A stretch of 63,778 bases of DNA, filler included, from Chrysochromulina tobinii (Eukaryota): the NCBI GenBank assembly GCA_001275005.1. It is 8 parts of 8 records of this genome, joined end to end, with 100 filler letters (N's around TTAATTAATTAA, not from the genome) between each part and the next. Parts side by side here need not be neighbours in the genome. Positions count along the whole stretch, not along the records: positions 1 to 9,557 come from JWZX01001205.1; positions 9,658 to 24,238 come from JWZX01001206.1; 6 more parts are not named here. One strand, given 5' to 3'. Below, in pieces: positions 1-12,280 of this stretch (its first letter is position 1; the number at the start of each line of letters is the position of its first letter). A program made the translations under genes and the position numbers. The notes under the pieces were generated by a model. That model saw only the letters and a program-made list of their open reading frames with translations. It ran no database searches and was not told where the DNA came from.

Positions 1-1770
1 GCCGCCGCCTTGCGCTCCTCGGCCGACGACGCGCGGGCAGCCGCCGCCGCCGCTTCCGCCTCTGCCGAGAGCGCGCGCTCCGTTGCAGCGGCGGCCGCGG
101 CCGACGCGTCGGACTGAGCTGCCGCGCTCGCAGCGGCCGCGTTCGACGACGCCATTGCAGATTCGAGAAGTGTCTCCCTCTCGGCCTCAGCCTGTACCAG
201 CTGTGCTGCGAACTGCCGCTCGTGCTCTTCGCTCATCGATGCCCTTTCCAGCGCCTTGCGCACCGCGAGACACGAGGCCGCTACCTCCACGTCCGCCGTC
301 GCCATCTCGGACAATAGCAGACGAGCCTGCCACTCGGACTGACCAGCCCGCCACAGTGCCTCCCGAGCAGCGTCGCCTAACGTCGCCAACCCTGATGCGA
401 GCTCCGCCTTTGCTGCGGCCGCCTCGGCGTGCGCTGCGCCTGCTGCTGACTGCGCAGCGGCCAACGCCTCCTCCGCTGCAGCGGCCCTCGCCTCCGCCTC
501 TGTGGTCCGAAGAGCCGCTGACTTCGCCTCCGCCACCGCGTCTGCGGCGATCGCCTGCAAAGCCTCTTCGCGCACGGCGAGCTCCGCGCGTACGGCCACC
601 ACCTCATTGCTGCAAGCGGCCTCGGCGCTGTCGATTGCTTGGCGACACGCCGCTGTCTCCGCAATAAGCCGCGCCTCGGCCTCGCTCAACTCGGTACGCG
701 CTTGGTCGGCGTCAGCTCGGGCTACTGCGGCGTCGGAGCGCGCCCCTTCGAGACGGACCTGAATTTCATCGACCGCTGCTTGAGATGCGGACGCCAAAGC
801 TGCCGCATGCTCCTCTGCTCTAGCCGCCTCAAATTGTGCCGCAACGGCGTCCTCGCGGGCAGCAGCTGCTGCTCGTTTCGCAACTAGCAACTCCTCGAGC
901 AGCCTCTCCGCCTCCCGAGCACTCGAGGCTTGAACTCGAAGCCTATCTTGCGCCTCCACGGCAGTAAGCTTCACAACATGAAGCTCTTCTTGCAAGCGCA
1001 CGATCTCGCGTTTACCAGCCTCCTCGCTCATGAACAACCCGTCCCGCGCCTCGGCAGCTGCCTGCGTTGCCTGGCGCAGCTCCTCGAGCAACCTCTTCAC
1101 CTCCCGAGCACTCGACGTCTGCTGCTCTGCAGCGGCTGCGGCCGCCGAAGTCGCCGAAGCCGCAGCCTCAGCAGCCTCGGCACGTACCACCTCGAGCGCC
1201 GCCTGTGCCTCCGCCACCCGAGCGACGGCGGCCGCTGCTGCCGCTTCGGCCGCCGCCTTGCGCTCCTCGGCCGACGACGCGCGGGAGGCCGCCGCCGCCG
1301 CTTCCGCCTCTGCCGAAAGAGCGCGCTCCGTTGCAGCGGCGGCCGCGGCCGACGCGTCGGACTGAGCTGCCGCGCTCGCAGCGGCCGTGTTCGACGACGC
1401 CATTGCAGATTCGAGAAGTGTCTCCCTCTCAGCCTCAGCCTGTACCAGCTGTGCTGCCAACTGCCGCTCGTGCTCTTCGCTCACCGATGCCCTTGCCAGC
1501 GCCTCGCGCACCGCGAGACACAAGGCCGCTACCTCCACGTCCGCCGTCGCCATCTCGGACAATAGCAGACGAGCCTGCCACTCGGACTGACCAGCCCGCC
1601 ACAGAGCCTCCCGAGCAGCGTCGCCTAACATCGCCAACCCTGATGCGAGCTCCGCCTTTGCTGCGGCCGCCTCGGCGTGCGCTGCGCCTGCTGCTGACTG
1701 CGCAGCGGCCAACGCCTCCTCCGCTGCAGCGGCCCTCGCCTCCGCCTCTGTGGTCCGAAGAGCCGCTGAC
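1..1770. repeat. Intragenic duplication with 1248-nt period (416 aa) in the kinesin tail; related copy at ~3450-4250 includes 117-nt tandem units
   Basis: 1..~520 nearly identical to 1249..~1770; the ATERALSAEAEAAAAA-type unit recurs in the protein. Confidence 0.9.
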
Positions 1771-4700
1771 GTCCGGGCTTCGCTCGCCTGCTCCCGCGCC
1801 GTGTCCGCTTCGCGACGGGCGCTATCGAGCTTTTCTGCAGCTTCTTCTGCTCTTGCTCGCCCCTCCTGCGCTTCCCGCCGAACCTCTTGTAACGCCTCGT
1901 CGGCCCACGCTTTGGTGCGAGCAGCCATGTCATTTGCATCCTTGGCCTCATCGCGCAATGCGCGCACGTTTTCGTCAGCATCTCTCATCTCTGCCATGGC
2001 CACCTTCACGATCGCATCTGCCTCTGCCAACGCAGCGCTAGCCAAAGCGCGAGCAGTGGCCGTCTCCGCCCGAGCCACCTGCGCCTCGGACATCGCTTCC
2101 ACCATCTTGTTCATCGCTGCGGCCTCGCGCTCAGCAGCCGTCGCCGCTGCCGCCATGGCAGATTGTGCTTCAGCCTCTGCAGCCCAACGCTGCTCCTGAG
2201 TCTGCAAGACCGAGGCTGCCACCTCCGCCCTTGCGGCAGCGTACGCAGCCGCTTTCTCCTGCCTCGCTTCCTGCGCCTCCTCCCTGGCTGCATCTGCGGC
2301 AGCTCGTGCCGTATTGGCCGCCCGGAGTGCGTCGGCCGCTTCCTGCCGGGCCATCTCCGTGGCCGCTCGCGCCATCTCCGCCTCTTCCAAGGCTGCGTCG
2401 CGATCCTGCCGTGCCTCCCTCACAGCGTCCCGCGCGGCGGCTGCGTCCGCCTGGGCGACACGCAGGGCCTCATGGGAATCGTCCGCCGCCTGCCTGGCGG
2501 CATCCGTCTCGCGTCTGGAGGCTGCCATGCCCTCGTCGGCCTTCTGGGGATGCCTGGATAGCAGCGGCGCGAGCGTCCTCGAGCTCATGGCGCGCTGTAC
2601 TGAGCTCATGATGGAGCGCATCCAGCTCACTCGCCGCAGCGATTGCCGCCTCGCTCGCGGCAACGTTGGCCACGAGCGCCTGCTGCTCGGCGAGCTGAAG
2701 CTGCTGCAGTACGCGGCCCTCGGCTACGGCGGCACTGGAAGCAGCCTCGCGAGCGCTCATCAGCTCGCGACGAACCGCCTCCGCCTCCTCACTCGCTGCG
2801 CGCTGAGAGGCTTCGGAGGCGGCTTGGGTCTTCTTGAGATCGCTCTCGGCGCGCTCGGCACGCAGACGAAGTGCCGCAACGAGCTCTTCCGACCCCGTAG
2901 TTGCCACCTGTAATTCGAACTGAAGCCGCTCGACTTGTCGCTGCGCGGCAGCAACTGCTTGCTCAGCAGAGCTGACAGCAAAGACACACTCCTTGCGCGC
3001 CGCCGCGGCCTCGGCTCGTGCCGCGTCCGCAGCGGCCGAAGCTTGCTTAGCAACCTCAATGGCCGAAGCACGCTCGTCGAAGGCCTCCTTGGCTTCAGCT
3101 CGAGCACGTTCTGCCTCCAAAGCCGCCTGCACAGTCGAGAGCATCGCACTCTCACGTTCCGCATGCGCAGCCTCGGCCTCGGCCCGAGCTTCCGCTGCGC
3201 GCATACAATAATCCCTCGCCTCATCACGAGCCAACGCGACGTCACGTGCTGACGCCTCCGAAGCTGCCACCGCCGCAATCGCCGCGACCGCGAGCTCACG
3301 CCGCGCATCTAGGGCATCAGCCGCTGCAGCTTCAGATGCCTCGCGCACTTGCGACAGAGCTGATTCAAACGTCGCGACAGCAGCAGCGGCATCCACTGCG
3401 AAAGCGGTCCGAGCATCCAAGACAGCCTTCTCCGCGGCACGCAGCTCATCTTGCAAGCGCCCGATCTCGCGTTTACCAGCCTCCTCGCTCATGAACAACC
3501 CGTCCCGCGCCTCCGCAGCTGCCCGCGTTGCCTGGCGCAGCTCCTCGAGCAACCTGTCTGCCTCCCGAGCACTCAACGCCTGCTGCTCCGCAGCGGCTGC
3601 GGCCGCCGAAGTCGCCGAAGCCGCAGCCTCAGCAGCCTCGGCACGTACCACCTCGAGCGCCGCCTGCGCCTCCGCCACCCGAGCGACGGCGGCCGCTGCT
3701 GCCGCTTCGGCCGCCGCCTTGCGCTCCTCGGCCGCTGACGCGCGGGAAGCCGCCGCCGCCGCTTCCGCCTCTGCCGAGAGCGCGCGCTCCGTTGCAGAAG
3801 CGATGGCGGCCGCTGCTGCCGCTTCGGCCGCCGCCTTGCGCTCCTCGGCCGACGACGCGCGGGCAGCCGCCGCCGCCGCTTCCGCCTCTGCCGAGAGCGC
3901 GCGCTCCGTTGCAGAAGCGATGGCGGCCGCTGCTGCCGCTTCGGCCGCCGCCATGCGCTCCTCGGCCGACGACGCGCGGGAGGCCGCTGCCGCCGCTTCC
4001 GCCTCTGCCGAAAGAGCGCGCTCCGTTGCAGCGGCGGCCGCGGCCGACGCGTCGGACTGAGCTGCCGCGCACGCAGCGGCTGCGCGTAACGCACCCTCAC
4101 GCAGCGTTTCCATCTCGGCCTCAGCCTGTACCAGCTGTGCTGCCAACTGCCGCTCGTGCTCTTCGCTCACCGATGTCCTTGCCAGCGCCTCGCGCACCGC
4201 GAGACACAAGGCCGCTACCTCCATGTCCGCCGTCGCCATCTCGGACAAAAGCAGCCGTGCAAACCATTCGGACTGGCCAGCATGTCGTTCAGAAGTGCGG
4301 GCCAGCTCTGTGGCGGCCTCCGCGGCCGAATGCTCTCGGCGCATGAGCTCCAGGGTATCTTCGAGCGCGCGTATGGCGTCACGTCGCTCGCCTTCGAGCT
4401 GCTGTGAGCGCTCTTGTAGGGCCTTCAAGCTCACCTCGAGCTCGCCCTTCGATGCTGACGCTGCTGAAGACGCACGATTCGCTTCGTCTGCTGCTGCCTC
4501 CAATTTGGCTGTTCTCGCATTCGCTGCTTCCAAGTCCGCCACCGCCGCCGCAATGCTAGTCTGCAACGCCATTTCGCGTGCGGCTAGCTCCGCGCGCATG
4601 ACCGCCACCTTATCGCTGCTCGAGGCCTCGGCGCTCTCGACTGCCTTACGGCATGCCGCCGTCTCTGCGGCAAGCCGCGTCTCCGCGAGCTCAGCCGATC

Positions 4701-7700
4701 GCTTGGCAGATTCTGCTTCTGCACGGGCCGCATCAGAATCGTTCCGTGCCTCCTTGACCGCCGCTGCTGCTGCCTCGCGCGCGGCGACCGCCTCTCGCTC
4801 GGCACTCTCGGCTGACTGGGCTACAGCTGCCTTTGTAGCCGCGCCCTCGGCTCGCACGGCCTCGACGATGGAACGCGCGTCCGCGGTCGCCTTTGCTGCA
4901 GCGTCCTCGGCGTCCTTTGCGCGCTTCTTTGCGGTCTGGAGCTCCACTTGCGCAACTTTCACGGCCTCCTCCGCCTCCGTCGATGCAGCGATCGCGGCAG
5001 CCTCGGCTGCGGCCGTTTGGGTCCGTGCCTGGCGCAGGCTTTCCTCTGCCCTTGCTCGCTCATCGCGCACAGCCGCCTGCGCCTCGCTCAGCTCATGCTC
5101 GTGCCGTGACCGATCAGCCTCGAATGCCTCCTCGACCTCCTCGGCGCGCCTCTGCACGGCGCCCAAGCGCTCCTCGAGTTCTGCGACCCGCTTGGCGTGG
5201 TGCACTTGTGCGCTCTCCATCTGCATGGCCAGCCGCTCGGCGCCAGCCTGCATATGTGCAGCGGCACGCTCCTCGACGTCGGCGAGCAGCGTCGAATGCG
5301 CCGCCTTCTGCTGCTCCATGCTGCGGCGCACCTCGTCCGCCGCGGCCGCCGCCTCCTCTGCGCGGCTATTCGCCTGCTTGACAAGGCGACCACAAGTCGC
5401 CTCCAACTCGGCCATGCGGACAGCGTGGACGTCGCGCTCCGTCGCCAAGGTCGCGAGGGCCTTTTCGTGCTCCGCGGACAAGGCGACCACGCGTCGGGCC
5501 GTCTTATCCGCCTCTTTTTGCGCGTTGCGAAGCGCTGTGCGCGTCTCACTCATGAGCTGCTCCTTCTGCTTCGTGTTCGCCTCCTGCAGCGCCGCGAGCT
5601 CCTGGGCGAGCCGGTTGGCTCGCCGCTCGTGCTCCTTAGCCGCCTGCGCCGATGCGTCGCGTTCCCGCCGCAGTCGCGCCACATCCGCACTCTGCTTCGC
5701 GTCGAGCGCGGGCGCCGTCCCGGCCTCGGCCGACTCACCACAACCGGGGCCCGCGCCGGAGGGCTTGGGCTTGTGCGAGCCCTCATCCGCAGCTGAGGCT
5801 GCGCCGTTCTCTTGGCCATTCTCCTTGACCCCACTTGCCTTGGCGAGAGCTGTACGGCACACCTCGAGCTCGTGTGTGAGCTCCTGCACACGCGCCGCGA
5901 GCGCGCGCACGCGGCCCTCGAGCTTGTCGGCGCGCCGGCGCTCGGCGGCGAGGGCCGTCTGCGTGTCCGAGAGGCTCGGATGATCGGGCGCGCTCGCCGC
6001 GTCGGCGACACGCGCGGCGCTCGAGGGCGCCTCGCTTGGAGTCTCCGCCGCCGCCGAGCTATCCTCGTCGAGGGGTCGTCCGCCGATGAGCACCTTGCCC
6101 TGGAGTTCGTCAATCTGAGTCCGCAGCAAGCGCTTCTGGAGTGCAGAGATCTGCTGCTGCAGCCGCACCTTCTGGGCGCGCTCCTTGGCGTACTCGCGGA
6201 CGCACTGGGCGAGCGCCGCCTCGGCGGCGCACCGCTCCGACTCGAGCCGCTCCGCCTCGACCCCCGGCGTCGCGTCGGTCACGCGAGCGCTCTCTGCCTG
6301 GGCAAGCTGCTCGCGAAGCTGTGCGAGCTGCGCCTCGTACTGCGCGAGCAGCGAGCTCGAGACCGCGTTGTCGTTCGACTGCAGGTTGACGCGCGCGTGG
6401 TTCTGGATCGTCTTTGCGCGGGAGGCGAAGTGGAGCGTCGTCATGGTGTCCTCGGCCACGGCACCGAGAGGGCTCACGCATGCGATCATCGCGGTGCGGC
6501 AGTTGCCGCCGAGCGAGTCCTGCAGGAGGCGCGTGAGCTTCGAGTCGCGGTAGGGCACGTGCACCGCGCGCCCCCGAGCATCGACGAGCGTCGAGATGAC
6601 CTTGGCGAGGGCCGAGAGCGACAGGTTGATCTTCTTCGACTCCTCGAGTCGATCGGCGTTCTCGCCCATCATCGCCGCCCGCTCGCTGCCTGCCAGGTCG
6701 ACCAGGTTGAGTCGCGAGAGCTTGAGCGCCGCGGCCGCGGTGCCCACCGTCGAATTGCTGCCGCCTGCGGGGGTGGCCGCCGCTGGGGCTGCTGCTGCTA
6801 CCGCTGCGGGGTCCAAGGCATCTCCGGCGGAGCTTGCGGTGACTACCGTCTGCTCGACGATGACTGTGAAGATGGCGTGGGAGCGCGAGCTCGCGTCGTT
6901 CGCCTTGGTGGCCGCAGTCGACCGAGCGCGCTGCCCGCGCGCAGCCAGCGCCCATACCTGTTGCGGCGTGCGCACGGCCACCTCGGTGAGGCCCTCGACG
7001 AACACGCCGCGGTGCGGGTCCTCGCGCAGCGCGAGCGCGGCGCCACCGACGGGCGCGAGCAGATCGGAGAGGCTCTCGCGATAGAGCTGCAAGAAGGAGA
7101 CGCGCAGCAGGAAGCGCTCGTGCTGCAGCGCACCTCCGCGCTCAATGGCGGCGAAGAGATGCTCAGTCGCACGAGGGATCATGCCCGCGCCCGCCGACGC
7201 CGCCCACTTAGCCGCATCTGCGTCGCCGCCTGATCCAACGGCGCCCGAGGGGCCGTAGCACGTGTACGATTTGCCCGTGCCGCTGGGTCCATAGCAGAAG
7301 ACAGTGCTGTTGAAGCCCTGAAGGCACGCACTCACCTGCGGCTCCACCGCTCGAGCGAAGACCTCCGCCTGCGGCGTCTCGGGCCCGAAGACGCCGTCAA
7401 AGCTGAAGGCCTGGTTGCCGCGAGCACTCGGTGGGCGCCGGCCCCCATCGGTGCGCGATGTCCCGGGAAGGGCCACGCTAACCGTTTGCCCACCGTCCGC
7501 GTTCGGTGGGCTGACGAGGATAATATTGTCGTCTGCGACCTCGCGCGGAAGCGGCGGTCGAACGCGCAGGAAGACGCGCAGTGCATAGCTGCTCGCACGC
7601 ACAGATGTGACTGTCGACGTGACCGTCGTCACAGACTCTGCCGATACCGAGACAGGTGTGGCGGCCGCCGACGACGGGACTGACGCTGCATGCGCAGGAG

Positions 7701-7944
7701 ATCCGTTGGCGTTCGCGCCCAGTGCCAGCAGTGCCTTTCGTGCAGGAGATCCTTTCGCCGTGGGCTGCTGCGGCTGCTGCTCTCGCGTAGCAGCGAGGAT
7801 TGCCAGTTGCAGCTCGCGAAACACAATTCCACCACTTTTATCTGGGTCGAGCTGCGAAGAAAGGTCGTCGACTTCAGAGCCATTGGCCTTCACACCCAAG
7901 GCCTGCAGTGCCTGCTTCATTGAAGATACGACTCCGGCACCCAC
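1..7944 (-). CDS. Giant kinesin-like protein: N-terminal EF-hand-like motif, motor domain, very long Ala/Glu-rich coiled-coil tail. One apparent frameshift near 2546-2549; runs off the window start
   Basis: ORF 2470..7944 has LRVFLRVRP, P-loop YGPSGTGKS, NDASSRSH, LNLVDLAGSE, HVPYRDSKLTRLLQDSLGGN. Coiled-coil coding continues in an adjacent frame below ~2545 (ASQKADEGMAASRRE...). LDPDKSGGIVFREL is an EF-hand-like loop. The exact start is uncertain. Confidence 0.9.
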
Positions 7945-9368
7945 TCTGTCGCTTCGCCCGTTGCCGCGAGCGGGGGGCGGGAGTCGTCAGTCAGCAGAGG
8001 GTCGCCGTACGGACCTTTTTTGTCCATGGGGATGGGGGGTGGGGGTGGGAGGGGGTTCCATGCACGAAAAGAGTAGGAAGAAAAAAAGGGGAAAAGAGGA
8101 AAATTCGAGGGGGGGCGCGAAAAAATTAAGCGATTTTTATTAGGTCGTTTTTGTCACAAGTGTGGATGGACCCTTTCCGAAGACCACATCGAGGAGCTCT
8201 TGACTTGACTTGCCTTACGTTCATTCGCTCGCGCACTCGCGCGCTTGCGCACGCAAAATCGTCGACAGGTGCCGAGCACGACCTCGAGAACGCATTTCCG
8301 AGCCTCGCGGAGAGATGAAAACGGCTTTTGGCCGCTCGTTTTTGACGCACAGCCTCGTAGAATAGGCAACATCGACAAACGAACTAACGAAGCACGTTCC
8401 GTGGTTGCTCGACGACGAAAGACGCTTAGGCAGTTGCCTCGGCGTCGCGAAAACTTCCAGTCCTACACCTACGCATCATATACGCATCATGAAGCAATCA
8501 TGAAGCAAGTATCATTCTATCATCGCGCGGCGTTACGCGTGGCGCATCCAAATCGGGCATATGTTCCTCCTTCGTGAACTGGAATACGAATTTATGCACA
8601 TGAATGCTTGAATGCATCATAGTTAGAGTGCATCAGAATGCAGCGCGTTTGCATGCATCTGTATGCGCTAATATGGATCATCACGTACAGAATGCATACA
8701 TACGGTAATGCACATCCGAGCATGCACATGATCATCGTGCCCAGGTGGTAAAGGAGGTACTGCGAGAGCTCAAGGGTCGCGGAGAGACGGTGCAGGCTCG
8801 GTCAGACGTGCGCGCGCGTGCAACGCACGGTGCGAACGCGTGGCCGATGGGCGAGCAAGCGGGCGGGCACTCGAGAGGGTGGATGGGCAGTGGCTCATCG
8901 CGGGCAGGACCGCAGCCTTGTCACCTGCGTCTGCGCGAGAGACGCACCAAGGTCGCCATCGCCATTCCGCGCAAGACGACGCGTTTGAATTGTGCATTGC
9001 GCGTTTGAACGCATTACTAACGCGTTTGAACGCTTACTAACCTGTTGCGCAGCTTAAGCAAGAGGTGCCACAGGTGACATTGGCATCCATGGCGTGGCCC
9101 ATGTCATTGAGCTCGGATGGGCTGATGCCATCGAGGGAGAGCCACTTGTGGACGAGATGCTCCCAAACATGCTGTGCACTGCTTGGCCCAGCTCGTCGCT
9201 GTTCGCAAATGGCCGCACAGCTGGCCGCAAAGCTGGCGCCACTGTCACCGCTGACGTGCTCAGTGGCGCTGCTGACGCCGGTGAAGAGTGCAAAGGAGAC
9301 GAGAGGGAATGACGTTCTTACAGACTTCATTTCGCGTCAACAATTTAATGACTAGATTTCGCATTCTG

Positions 9369-9557
9369 GTTACGCAAATAGCTACCTCTGATAGCTCTCG
9401 GATAGCTAAATAGCTGCGCTATCCCACTGACTATCCAAGTTCTATCCAAGAGCTATCAGCTTCCTATCTGGCGATAGCTATCAGCTACCGGCACCTATCT
9501 GGGGTAGCTATAAAAAATAGAGGGGGGCTATCAGTCCAAATAGCTACGTAAACCCCC
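9369..9557. repeat. Cluster of GATAG(C)/(G)CTATC motifs in both orientations at a contig end; possible transposon or MITE subterminal region
   Basis: More than a dozen ATAGC/GCTATC/CTATC motifs in ~190 bp of otherwise lower-GC sequence. Confidence 0.5.
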
Positions 9558-9657
9558 NNNNNNNNNNNNNNNNNNNNNNNNNNNNNNNNNNNNNNNNNNN
9601 NTTAATTAATTAANNNNNNNNNNNNNNNNNNNNNNNNNNNNNNNNNNNNNNNNNNNN
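9558..9657. other. Artificial contig spacer (N44-TTAATTAATTAA-N44)
   Basis: Six-frame stop linker inside Ns; identical spacers elsewhere in the window. Confidence 0.98.
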
Positions 9658-10345
9658 CGCGCTCGCGCTCCATCTGCTCCTTGGCGAGCTGGCGCGCTCT
9701 GAACTCTTCGGCGGTCATACTAAGGATTCGCTTTCCCTGCCGTGCGGCCGACACGACAGCCTCCATCTCAGACATCGTGACGGAGCCGTTACCGTCCTTG
9801 TCCACTGCGGCAAACAGCCGACGCACTTCTTCATCAGACGCGCCAGCGGCCAATCCGAGGCGGCGAATGACCGTGACGAACTCCCTGATATCGACGGAGC
9901 CGTTGCCGTCCTCGTCGAGGGTGTTGAAGATCTCGAGGATGCGTGCATGGTGCTTCTTCATGATTTGGACGAGCTGCATCGGCAAATCACCAATGAAGCG
10001 CGCCATGCCGTCTTCTTCATAGCTCGCCGCGCGCATGTCCTCTTCCTCGATAACGAGACCGCCGCGGCCGCTCGCTCTTTGAGTCTGAAAAAGTGATGCA
10101 AGCGAGCCGCCCGCCTCAACTTGCGCTTTGATTGCAGCCAGGAGCTCATCATAGCTTATGTCGCCCGTGTTTTCTGGATCGCACTGCTCCCGCAGTGCGT
10201 TCAAATCCGCAGGCTGCATCTCGATGCCGAGCCCGGACACTGCAGCTGAGAGGTCATCAGAGGAGATGAAGCCAACGCCGTCAGCATCTAATTTGGAGAA
10301 GATTGGCTTAAGCAGCTTGCGCAGCTCGACTTCGACTTCATCCAT
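9658..10345 (-). CDS. Calmodulin-like multi-EF-hand protein, 3'-truncated by the gap
   Basis: Four EF loops: DADGVGFISSDD, DPENTGDISYDE, DEDGNGSVDIRE, DKDGNGSVTMSE. Confidence 0.88.
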
Positions 10346-10645
10346 TGTGGCAGGCAGCAGCGCGAGCACGCGTTATGGCCCTCAGAGCAGTGCGGCCAGC
10401 TTGATTTCGGTTTGCCTCGCCTCTGCTCTGATTCTCGAGCCTGTGTTGCTCAGAGACGCACTGGGTGTGCTGGTCCTTGCCATTTTGTGCATTGCGGCGT
10501 TTCACGAGGAAGCCGAAACGGAGGACGCGGGAAGAGGCAAGTCAAATCATGTCCTGTCAGATACACAGATCACGCCGACGAACGTCACCAGCAAACCGTA
10601 ACCAAAGGGGGGGGCTGTCTCCTTGGGACTTACGAACTTTTTGTC

Positions 10646-12082
10646 ATGCTTGCGACATTGCTGCTCTGCGGAGCGGCCGCACGGTACCCAGAAGCCGGTC
10701 GAATGGTACCTTTCGGCATGGCGGCGGCGCGGTCTCCGATCGTGAGGCCGCAGCCGTTTGCTCACGGCGCCATAATATCGCTCGCCATCGACGCTATGAC
10801 TAGCACCGGAGATGGTGTTGGGCGGGTGGTGCTCCCAGATGACGGCGGCCTATGGGTGGTCATGGTGCCGTTCGTCATGCCTGGCGAGCGCGTTCGGGTC
10901 AAGGTAATACAAAACCACAAGCGGCACTCAAGCGCGCGGGTTGTCGAAATCCTTGAGCCGTCGCCAGACCGCCAGCAGCCTGCGTGTTTGCTCTTTGGCC
11001 TGTGTGGAGGCTGCACGTATCAGCACGCGCGTTACGCCACCCAGTTATCATGGAAAGCGGCGCAAGTTGCGAACATTCTGGAACGCATCGGGCGTCTCGA
11101 GCCTGCCTTCATCGAGACCGTGGTCCAGCCGACAATCGGATCTCCCAAGCAGCTGGCGTACCGCTCGAAGCTCACACCGCACGTGCATGGCGGCGCGATG
11201 GGATTCGTGGCGTCGGAAGATCCAGCGATGCTGGTGGACGTGCCACGCTGTGAACTAGCCACGGAGCCCATCAACGATGCGCTCGTGGAAGAACGCGGCC
11301 ATTACTTATCGTCGGGCAACGTGCCCTCGCTGGCCGACACACTGCTGCTCCGTCACACTGATCGCGATGGCGTGGTGACTGACCCGAGCACGCCAATCAC
11401 GGAGCAAGTCAACGGCCTGAAGCTCACGTTTTCGGCAGGTGATTTCTTCCAGAATAATCTCTTCCTACTGCCAGCACTGGTGGATTATGTCCTCGAACAG
11501 GCGCTCGGTGCAGCGCTCGGCGAATCGGGTGGTACAGATGGCTCGCCCACGCCCTCTCCCATCGAGAACTTGATCGACGCATACTGCGGTTCTGGTCTCT
11601 TTGCGCTCTCGGCCGCGGCGTCCCCGCGCCACTCGGTCCGATCGGTCGTTGGCGTGGAGGTGATGGAGAGTGCCGTCGAGGCGGCGCGAAAGAACGCTGA
11701 GGCTAACGGGCTGACCAACGTGCGCTTTCTCGCAGCGTCTGCGGAGCGCATCTTCGAAGAGCTTCTTTTCGATGGGAGAGACGCGGCGTTGATCATCGAC
11801 CCGCCGCGCAAGGGCTGCGGCACCGCCTTCCTCTCGCAGCTCGTCCGTTTTGCGCCTCGCCGACTCGTGTACGTCTCTTGCTCGCCGGACACGATGGCTC
11901 GAGACCTCATCGAGCTCCTTGGAGCCGGGTACTCGCTGAGACGATGCCAACCGTTTGACATGTTCCCTCAAACGCGACACATTGAATGTGTTGCGACGCT
12001 CGAGTGGCCGGAGTCTGGGTCGCCACCCGAGCGTCCCAGAACCCGTCGTATTGAGTCTTTGAATGTCCCAAATGTCCGATGA
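10646..12082 (+). CDS. RlmD/TrmA-family RNA (uracil-5)-methyltransferase with TRAM domain; possibly organelle-targeted
   Basis: MPGERV (TRAM), CxxFxxCGGC Fe-S motif, FFQNN, IDAYCGSGLF, IIDPPRKG, YVSC, FDMFPQTRHIE; hydrophobic N-terminus MLATLLLCGAAA. Confidence 0.93.
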   Translation: MLATLLLCGAAARYPEAGRMVPFGMAAARSPIVRPQPFAHGAIISLAIDAMTSTGDGVGRVVLPDDGGLWVVMVPFVMPGERVRVKVIQNHKRHSSARVVEILEPSPDRQQPACLLFGLCGGCTYQHARYATQLSWKAAQVANILERIGRLEPAFIETVVQPTIGSPKQLAYRSKLTPHVHGGAMGFVASEDPAMLVDVPRCELATEPINDALVEERGHYLSSGNVPSLADTLLLRHTDRDGVVTDPSTPITEQVNGLKLTFSAGDFFQNNLFLLPALVDYVLEQALGAALGESGGTDGSPTPSPIENLIDAYCGSGLFALSAAASPRHSVRSVVGVEVMESAVEAARKNAEANGLTNVRFLAASAERIFEELLFDGRDAALIIDPPRKGCGTAFLSQLVRFAPRRLVYVSCSPDTMARDLIELLGAGYSLRRCQPFDMFPQTRHIECVATLEWPESGSPPERPRTRRIESLNVPNVR

Positions 12083-12280
12083 AATCGAATAGATGGTACC
12101 CGCACGTCGGCGCCGCGCCCGCGGGTGCACCTCGGCGGCGAATGAGCCACTTTATTTCCCTTTCTCTTTCAGTGTGAGCCTGGTTTCTCACCGACAACGC
12201 CGTCACTCACACTCACACCTTGTAATCCTCTCTTACAAGAAATGAGCTGACCTTTAATTGTGAATTTGTTATAGTAGGTC

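Noticed and set aside
83..7233. Many long + strand ORFs over the kinesin, and similar overlapping ORFs elsewhere
   Set aside because: Antisense or off-frame shadows of GC-rich, Ala-rich coding sequence with no domain motifs.
10646..12082. Bacterial contamination or recent HGT of an RlmD-like gene
   Set aside because: Sits among eukaryotic genes on the same contig and has a targeting-like N-terminal extension; an organellar enzyme is more parsimonious.
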